Below are positions 1 to 6,449 of a stretch of 32,000 bases of DNA, one piece after another. Origin of the DNA: Flavobacteriaceae bacterium (GTDB lineage: Bacteria > Bacteroidota > Bacteroidia > Flavobacteriales > Flavobacteriaceae). Each line of letters begins with the position of its first letter. The first letter of the stretch is position 1. The DNA lies in the NCBI GenBank assembly GCA_965224465.1, contig OZ245049.1:4560001-4592000 (forward strand), in the 5' to 3' direction. The position numbers were made by a program, and so were the translations under genes. A model generated the notes under the pieces. The model searched no databases. It had not been told where the DNA came from and saw only the letters and a program-made list of their open reading frames with translations.

Positions 1-1383
1 CTTAAAAGAATGGTTTTCGGGTCTAAAAGCGAACGTTTTATCCCTGTTGACACAAATCAATTGTCGCTTTTCGGAAAAATAATAGCTGAGAAAGAAGAGG
101 CATACAAAAAACATATTGTAATCTACGAAAGAAAACAAAAGAAGAAAGGAGAGAAAAAACCTGTTCGCTCTTCTATACCTGCGCATTTTCCGCGAGTAGA
201 AGAGATTATAGAGCCTAAGCACATAGAAGAAGGAGCTGTAAAAATAGGAGAAGAAGTTACAGAACTTTTAGAAATAACGCCTCTTTCCGTTTTTGTAAGA
301 CGAATTGTAAGACCTAAATATGCACTTCCGGAAGAAAAAGGCGTTGTTATAGCAGAATTACCAAGCTTACCGATACCTAAAGGAAATGCATCAGCAAGTT
401 TATTGGCCTTTATACTTATTTCAAAATTTGTAGACCATTTACCACTTTACAGATTAATTCAAATTTTTAAACGACAAGATTTAAAAGTAAGTAAATCAAC
501 AATTGGAGGATGGGTATCTAAAAGTTCGGAGCTTATCGCTCCTTTATACGATACATTTAAGGCTCAGTTTTTAGAAAATGCCAATTATATTCAAGCAGAC
601 GAATCTCCTATAAAGGTTTTAGATAAAGACAAGAAAAAATCAACACACAGAGGGTATATGTGGGTGTATCGAAATCCTGTTAAAAATTTAGTTCTTTTTG
701 AATACAATAAAGGGAGAGGAAAAGTTGTTCCAGAAGAGTTTTTTAAAGATTTCAATGGGACACTACAGTCCGATGGGTATGCTGCATACCAAAACTTAAC
801 AACAAAAGGAGAAATTACTCTTTTAGGTTGCATGGCTCATGCTAGGCGGTATTTTGAGAAGGCGCTGGATAATGATCCTAAAAGAGCGGATGTTGTTTTG
901 TTGGAAATTCAAAAGCTATACAAGATAGAACGTAAAATAAAAGAACAAGAATTAACTATTGAGCAAACTAAAGCATATAGAGAAAAACATGCATCACCTG
1001 TTTTAGACGGAATAGAAATTTATCTTACAAAAGAGCGAAAAAACGTACTGCCTAAAAGTGCCATAGGAAAAGCAATTGCTTATACTCTTAAAATATGGCA
1101 AAACCTAAAACTATACATCGATGATGGCAGGTTTGAAATAGACAACAATAATATAGAAAATGCCATAAGACCTTTAGCTATTGGCAGAAAAAATTATCTC
1201 TTTGCTGGCAGTCATGAGTCCGCACAAAACATAGCTCTATTTTATAGCTTTTTTGCTACTTGCAAAAAGAATAACGTAAACCCACATACGTGGCTATGTG
1301 ATGTCCTTAATAGATTACCAGAACATAAGGCTAATAAACTTTCGGAGTTACTGCCTCAAAATTGGAAGCCTGTTGATAAATAA
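1..1383 (+). CDS. IS66-family DDE transposase (TnpC-like), 5' end cut by the window edge
   Basis: The frame is open from nt 1 (LKR precedes the listed Met). Conserved IS66 motifs are present: FGSKSERF, IQADESPIKVL, LQSDGYAAY, CMAHARRYF, IDNNNIENAIRPLAIGRKNYLFAGS. Confidence 0.9.
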   Translation, partial: LKRMVFGSKSERFIPVDTNQLSLFGKIIAEKEEAYKKHIVIYERKQKKKGEKKPVRSSIPAHFPRVEEIIEPKHIEEGAVKIGEEVTELLEITPLSVFVRRIVRPKYALPEEKGVVIAELPSLPIPKGNASASLLAFILISKFVDHLPLYRLIQIFKRQDLKVSKSTIGGWVSKSSELIAPLYDTFKAQFLENANYIQADESPIKVLDKDKKKSTHRGYMWVYRNPVKNLVLFEYNKGRGKVVPEEFFKDFNGTLQSDGYAAYQNLTTKGEITLLGCMAHARRYFEKALDNDPKRADVVLLEIQKLYKIERKIKEQELTIEQTKAYREKHASPVLDGIEIYLTKERKNVLPKSAIGKAIAYTLKIWQNLKLYIDDGRFEIDNNNIENAIRPLAIGRKNYLFAGSHESAQNIALFYSFFATCKKNNVNPHTWLCDVLNRLPEHKANKLSELLPQNWKPVDK

Positions 1384-1411
1384 TCAAGGGTGTACTTTAC
1401 CGTACGCTTAC
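1..1411 (+). mobile_element. IS66-family insertion sequence, right-hand part (left end lies upstream of the window)
   Basis: Contains an IS66-type transposase ORF. 28 nt after its stop the element ends ...cgtacgcttac (1401-1411). The reverse complement begins GTAAGCG, the usual start of IS66-family terminal inverted repeats. Homology to intact family-B genes (e.g. 13398 onward, cataaaaaatacgcaatgaat) resumes exactly at 1412. Confidence 0.85.
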
Positions 1412-2248
1412 CATAAAAAATACGCAATGAATATACCAAAAAAACAATATTTTCTAAACTTTGAGTTATTTATGTCTTATGAAATATATATAAATGACAT
1501 GAAAATAGCAAATAACATTCAATCTGGACCAGTATCTGGATTACGATATTTGAATGATTACATTCTGAATTCGGGAAAACAAACAATAACATTAATTGAC
1601 CGTGATTTAAAACCTAATTCTAATATGCCAAATGATATATTTAAAAAAATAAGTTTAGAAATTTATAGTGCAGATGAAAATGATGAAAACACAAAGTTGG
1701 AAAAGAAGTTTGATTTCCCTGATATACCAACTCCAAGACCATATTATTATAAAAACACATGGGAGTTTGATGCTGAAGTTCCTTACACCGTAGACGGATG
1801 GAAAGATGGGCAAGATTTATCAAAAATAGATCAAAAAGAGTTGAAGAAAATGGTGGTAGCGAAATTTCAACACTTAAGAACAATTTTAAATCAAGGAAAA
1901 GTAGATCAATTTATGGAAGAAAACGCCAAAGGATATAAGGAATTTGTTATTACCAACTATTATCAAAAAAAATGGCATGAATTTGACGAAAACATTAGAG
2001 AAACTATAGGTAATCAAAAGGGAATTATGCTTCCTTTAGAGCATTATAAAATGAAAATAGTTGCAAATGGTCAATTGGTAACCTTAGAAAGAATTAACCT
2101 CCCTTATAAAGGACAAAGTGCATTGTTAGCAATCAATGAAAAATAAAATACGATATACACTGATTATATTCATTTATATATGCCAAAAGGAAAAACAAGC
2201 TTAGAGCCAATACGTCTGAATATAGAATATGAGGTTGCTCATTTTTAA
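1412..2248 (+). pseudogene. Family-B lipoprotein paralog, 5'-truncated by the IS66 insertion and carrying a premature TAA
   Basis: Matches intact 307-aa copies from residue ~31 (HKKYAMNIPKKQYF...), so the signal peptide and lipobox are missing. At 2144-2146 TAA replaces the GAA seen in the 22471 copy (aatgaaaaaTaaaatacg versus aatgaaaaaGaaaatacg). The same frame continues to the normal end ...EYEVAHF with stop at 2246-2248. The N-terminus of listed ORF 1298..2146 simply reads through the IS end. Confidence 0.85.
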
Positions 2249-2471
2249 AAACAACAACTTTACAACAGATTAATCATCAATGATAAAAAGGCTGCTATCT
2301 GGTTTAAGAATTCAAAAACGAGAGGAACATCCTGGCAGCCTGTTTATACCAAATACATTTCCAAGAGACGGTTTAGAAATGGAATTATTTTTTGTTTTAC
2401 TCTCGTTCTGTTTTTTAACAACGCTAGCACGTAAAACAACCTATTTATATCGGTTATTTTGGATTGTAATT
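2249..2471 (+). repeat. Unit-boundary sequence, the same DNA that heads every orphan cassette, with a ~50-nt extra segment
   Basis: 2249-2393 matches the sequence after each family-B stop (e.g. 23395-23540). 2394-2445 is extra. 2446-2471 (tatatcggttattttggattgtaatt) matches again, then diverges into unique DNA. It contains a degenerate out-of-frame relic of a family-A 3' end: ggctgctatctggtttaagaattcaaaaacgagaggaacatcctggcagcctgtttata versus gctgctatctggtttgagaatccagaaacgggagggacatcctggcagcctgtttata. Confidence 0.7.
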
Positions 2472-2990
2472 CGCCTTATTTTATTGACGATTTTTTTAGG
2501 GTGAGGATGCACCCAAATTTAAAATCCCATCGGGTATATCTCACCCTTTAAATAAACCGAAATTTTCATCGTGATAAACAGCTACTTGTGATTCTTTTTT
2601 CAGTACATTTACATCAAATTAAGTTTTAAATTACAAATTAGATATCCCCACATGTCTCCGAGAATGGCTAGTCGCTCAATTTATAGACCAGCTTTTAATT
2701 TTCTCGTTGTTAAAAAATAGATCCATCGCTACGGCTGTCCGTTGTTTTTTTGTCAAGAAAAACAAATTAGGTTCGTACGTATATGATGGGATACACTATT
2801 TTTAAACAGTCATTTGGAGATGTGTTATGCGTGTTCTTTTTTGCAAATCAAACGGATTTCCTTTGTGGTTTATAAGGAAATATAAAATTTTAATACACTA
2901 TTAAAAACACCTATCACAGGAAAAGCAAGACCGATTGCTGCTTCCTGAAATAGAATAATAATTGCGAAATTAAAAAGTAAAAAAAAACGT

Positions 2991-4757
2991 ATGGCATTAC
3001 AAAGCATCACTTCTATTTGGATAGGATCAACAGAGATATCCTATTTTAAATCATTAGAATTACATCAAAATATAAAAGACCATCACCACCTAAAATTAGT
3101 TTGTCGCATGGATGTTTTAGAGGGTTTTGAAGAAGAACAAGCAAAGAGCAGCAAGGATTTTTTAGGTCAGGTTATCAGCTTAGAAATAAGTCCCTCTATA
3201 GGGTTTGAAGGCGCCAAAGAACTCCTTTTTAAAGGGGTTGTAACGGGCGTGCAAAGCATAAAGGGCTTTGAGGCAGGTGATGGCGATGAAGTGATTATTA
3301 GCGCAAAGAGTCCTACTGTTTTAGCTAGCGATGGCGCACATTTCACTTCGTACAACGATGTTTCTTTGTCTGATATTATATACGATAATTTTCAGCTTTA
3401 CGACACCTCAAAGCTATCCGTTTTAACACGCTTACAAAACGACCCTACCATACATTATTCGGTACAGCACAACGAAAGTTCTTTTGCCTATGCAAGTAGG
3501 TTAGCGGCTATGCATGGAGAATGGATGTACTACGATGGAATCCAATTGGTCTTTGGAAAACCAGATCAAACAGAAGTTGCATTAACCTACGGATTTGATT
3601 TAAAAGAATACGAGTTAAAGCTAGAGCCACAATCTAGTAATTACACCTATTTTGCAAACGATTATTTAACAGACCAGGTATATGAGCAATCGGCAGCTAA
3701 TATAAATACAGGACTGCGAGGATATGGCGATTTTGTATCAGGTAAATCCGCACATCTATTCCATAAGGAAACTAAAATTTGGCATAATTTACACAACAGT
3801 CCACAAACGCAACAACGCTTAGACAGGGCTACAGAAATACAAATAAAAGCGATTGCTTTACAACAAGTAATTGTCCGTGTCACAAGCGACAATACAGGGG
3901 TAAAACTGGGAGGTATTGTAACAATAGAAGGCAATAAATACAGGGTTGTAAAAATTACACATACCAATACAGAAACAGGCGAATACCTCAATAAATTTGA
4001 AGCCATTACCACAGATATAAATACATATCCGTATACAGATATAAACGCATTTCCAAAAAGTAAAAGTCAAACAGCTGTTGTAAAACACAACGATGATCCC
4101 GATGGTTTAGGGCGTGTAAAAGTACAGTTTGTTTGGCAAAAAATCACAGGAGAAATAAGTCCATGGATACGAATGGTACAGCCACATGGGGGAGCAGATA
4201 AGGGCTTTTATTTTATTCCAGAAATAAACGAAGAAGTATTGGTAGGTTTTGAAGGTGGGAATGCAGAGTATCCCTATGTCCTTGGGAGTCTCTACAATGG
4301 AAGTCAAGGTGCAGGTGCTTTTCAATCAAAAAACAACGATATTAAAGCGATTAAAACCCGTAGCGGACATACTATTGAGTTTAATGATAAAGAGGGTGCA
4401 GAAAGCATTACTATAAAAGATAAAAAGAATAATAGTGTTTTTATTGATACCGCAAATAATAATATAACGATATCGGCAAATGAAACAATGACTTTTAAAG
4501 CTAAAAACATTGAGATTAACACTACAGAAAATCTAAATATATTTGTAGGAAAGGACAAAAACGAAAGCATTGCAAAAAAACAAACTTTAACAGCAAAAAA
4601 CAGCACCATCTTAATTGAAGAAAAAGCAGAAATTCAAGCTAAAGAGTATCTTAAAAATGCGCAAAAAATAACAATAAATAGTACCAAAGAAAACCTAGAA
4701 CTTTCAAGTGCGAAACAAGTAGTGAGTAATAGTGCTGAAAAAAATATTTTAAGTTAA
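2991..4757 (+). CDS. vgrG: VgrG/TssI-like T6SS spike protein (588 aa)
   Basis: gp5-like OB-fold signature: GRVKVQFVWQ...WIRMVQPHGGADKGFYFIPEINEEVLVGFEGGNAEYPYVLGSLYNG. This is followed by beta-helix-like repeats (IKTRSGHTIEFNDKEGAESITIKDKKNNSVFIDTANNNITISANETMTFKAKNIEINTTENLNIFVG). The N-terminal half has gp27/phage late control D-like length. Confidence 0.9.
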   Translation: MALQSITSIWIGSTEISYFKSLELHQNIKDHHHLKLVCRMDVLEGFEEEQAKSSKDFLGQVISLEISPSIGFEGAKELLFKGVVTGVQSIKGFEAGDGDEVIISAKSPTVLASDGAHFTSYNDVSLSDIIYDNFQLYDTSKLSVLTRLQNDPTIHYSVQHNESSFAYASRLAAMHGEWMYYDGIQLVFGKPDQTEVALTYGFDLKEYELKLEPQSSNYTYFANDYLTDQVYEQSAANINTGLRGYGDFVSGKSAHLFHKETKIWHNLHNSPQTQQRLDRATEIQIKAIALQQVIVRVTSDNTGVKLGGIVTIEGNKYRVVKITHTNTETGEYLNKFEAITTDINTYPYTDINAFPKSKSQTAVVKHNDDPDGLGRVKVQFVWQKITGEISPWIRMVQPHGGADKGFYFIPEINEEVLVGFEGGNAEYPYVLGSLYNGSQGAGAFQSKNNDIKAIKTRSGHTIEFNDKEGAESITIKDKKNNSVFIDTANNNITISANETMTFKAKNIEINTTENLNIFVGKDKNESIAKKQTLTAKNSTILIEEKAEIQAKEYLKNAQKITINSTKENLELSSAKQVVSNSAEKNILS

Positions 4758-4761
4758 GTGT

Positions 4762-5706
4762 ATGTTTGATTTTATAACAGACACAGAACGTAACGAGAAG
4801 GCTTTTAAAAACAATGACCTTAATTTGGACGGTCGTGACACTTTAAATATTCGCCCCATAATTGGGGTACATACCTATGCGGTCTCTATAAAACATCTGG
4901 ATGCTGAAACCGAAAAACGACTTGACTATACAATAACTGTTGAATTTTTAGAGACCAATGATAAACTAGAATATCTTTTTAGAATTGATAAATCAAATTT
5001 TTTTATCAATCAAAAACAACCATCTCTAATTATAGAACAGTTAAGTTGCGAAATAGCCAAAAGCTTTTACCCTATTGAGGTTTTAACAAATTATAAAGGA
5101 AAAATCATCGAAGTAACTAATATAACATCTATTAAAAACAAATGGGAAACGCAACGGATTAAGTTACAAAAAGAATACAAAGGAGCGGTAATTACAACTA
5201 TTATAAAACATATAGATCAGAAAGTAAACAGCCTATCTGAAATTGAAAATTCTTTAAATATAGACCTGTTTTTTAACCTGTTTTTTGCTGGGAATTATGT
5301 CAGTTACAATACGCTTCTTACAATACCTCATAAAATGATATTTGCCTATGATCCCAATAAGACACCTGTTGTTTTTGAAGGGACAAATACATTAAACCCT
5401 ATGCGTACAGAGCAAAGTACAATTGAAGTACGCTTTAAGGGAGAAAATAAGCAACCTACAAAAGAAGCATTTTTAGAAGTGGATTATGATTTTGACTACA
5501 AAACGCGTATGCCTGTATGGATACATTCTACTTGTGTTATAAATGACGTAAAAAATAAAAGCCTCCAAAAAAACATTGAAATACAGATTGTGTTAGAGAA
5601 ACAAAAAAAAGAAATAAAAAATGTTCTCTTAGATCAAGATGATGAAGATACTAAACGAGCAATAAAAAACAAAAAAAAATGGTTTCACGTTTTACATAAA
5701 TCTTAA
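4762..5706 (+). CDS. Hypothetical protein (314 aa), possible VgrG/effector accessory or adaptor
   Basis: Long ORF starting 4 nt after the vgrG stop and ending 4 nt before the next ATG. No signal peptide and no motif I recognise. The adaptor role is inferred from position only. Confidence 0.7.
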   Translation: MFDFITDTERNEKAFKNNDLNLDGRDTLNIRPIIGVHTYAVSIKHLDAETEKRLDYTITVEFLETNDKLEYLFRIDKSNFFINQKQPSLIIEQLSCEIAKSFYPIEVLTNYKGKIIEVTNITSIKNKWETQRIKLQKEYKGAVITTIIKHIDQKVNSLSEIENSLNIDLFFNLFFAGNYVSYNTLLTIPHKMIFAYDPNKTPVVFEGTNTLNPMRTEQSTIEVRFKGENKQPTKEAFLEVDYDFDYKTRMPVWIHSTCVINDVKNKSLQKNIEIQIVLEKQKKEIKNVLLDQDDEDTKRAIKNKKKWFHVLHKS

Positions 5707-5710
5707 TGTT

Positions 5711-6271
5711 ATGAGTCAAAAAAAATTAGTTTGCCATGGAGCACTTTGTAAATGTAAGTTTGGATTTACACCAGACACACTTGCCGTACTTACACAACAA
5801 AAAGTATATATAAACGACCATAGCGGAAGTCAAAAACTTGTGGCAACCAATAAAGATATAGGCATGCCTTTTCAGGCAAAAACTTTTGGACAATGTAAGT
5901 TACAACCTACTTCTACTAGTTATTTACCTTGTATTCCTAGCATTACTGCTTGGGATGGTTTCCATGAGAAGACACAGATAAAAAGCAATCAAGGTGCTCC
6001 TCTGCTAGAAGACAGTAAAGCTACTTGTGCAATAGCAGGTGCTCCCTGTGTAGAAATAGTATTTCATGGACAAACTGGAAGCCCCTCAGTACAAAACTTA
6101 GAGAATACAGACGATGAAATTATAAGTCAAGTTGTTCCTATCCTATCAGTAAAAGAAATTAAAAACCCGTCTCCTTATCATTGTATAAGCGTTACAGTGC
6201 AAGACAATGGTTCTGAAGAAAAAAAAGGAAAGGTAAAGCGAGGAATTCTCCAAAAACTCCATTTAAAATAA
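5711..6271 (+). CDS. DUF4280 (PAAR-like) domain protein with a ~65-aa C-terminal extension
   Basis: Cys/Gly pattern typical of DUF4280: VCHGALCKCKFGFTP...FGQCKL...YLPCIPSITAWDG...GAPLLEDSKATCAIAGAPCVEIVFHGQ. Located directly downstream of vgrG. Confidence 0.75.
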   Translation: MSQKKLVCHGALCKCKFGFTPDTLAVLTQQKVYINDHSGSQKLVATNKDIGMPFQAKTFGQCKLQPTSTSYLPCIPSITAWDGFHEKTQIKSNQGAPLLEDSKATCAIAGAPCVEIVFHGQTGSPSVQNLENTDDEIISQVVPILSVKEIKNPSPYHCISVTVQDNGSEEKKGKVKRGILQKLHLK

Positions 6272-6444
6272 TGGGAGCATGTTTGTATTATAAAAGGAAA
6301 TTCAAAAATATTGTTTTTGACACAGCCCTTACTACGAGTCTTAACACTAGGGGGGTAGGTATTTTCTATACAAAAATGGATGCCTCTTCGGGTAAATTAA
6401 CTCAAAACATGTACATCTTACAGGTACCAAAAAATCAGCACTAA
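6271..6444 (+). CDS. Possible small ORF (57 aa, MGACLYYKRKFKNIVFDTALTTSLNTRGVGIFYTKMDASSGKLTQNMYILQVPKNQH)
   Basis: Hand translation. Its ATG overlaps the DUF4280 stop (TAATG) and its stop lies 5 nt before the effector ATG. It therefore fills the only gap in an otherwise 4-nt-spaced operon. It is below the size cutoff of the supplied ORF track and has no recognisable motif. Confidence 0.3.
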   Translation: MGACLYYKRKFKNIVFDTALTTSLNTRGVGIFYTKMDASSGKLTQNMYILQVPKNQH

Positions 6445-6449
6445 AAAAC

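Noticed and set aside
2280-2504. 74-aa ORF MIKRLLSGLRIQKREEHPGSLF..., and the identical first ~40 codons of each 366-aa cassette ORF, as a genuine conserved protein N-terminus
   Set aside because: The DNA is an out-of-frame degenerate copy of a family-A gene 3' end (AIWF.N..T.GTSWQPVY in the A frame). The open frame is most simply incidental. The possibility of translation is kept as an open question in the findings.
2500-2990. Possible hairpins and promoter upstream of vgrG: gggtgag...ctcaccc near 2500-2547, and ttgttttt...aaaaacaa near 2737-2765
   Set aside because: The stems are short and AT-rich or have long loops. I found no exact Bacteroidota -7 TAnnTTTG motif by eye. This is not enough to call a terminator, promoter or ncRNA.
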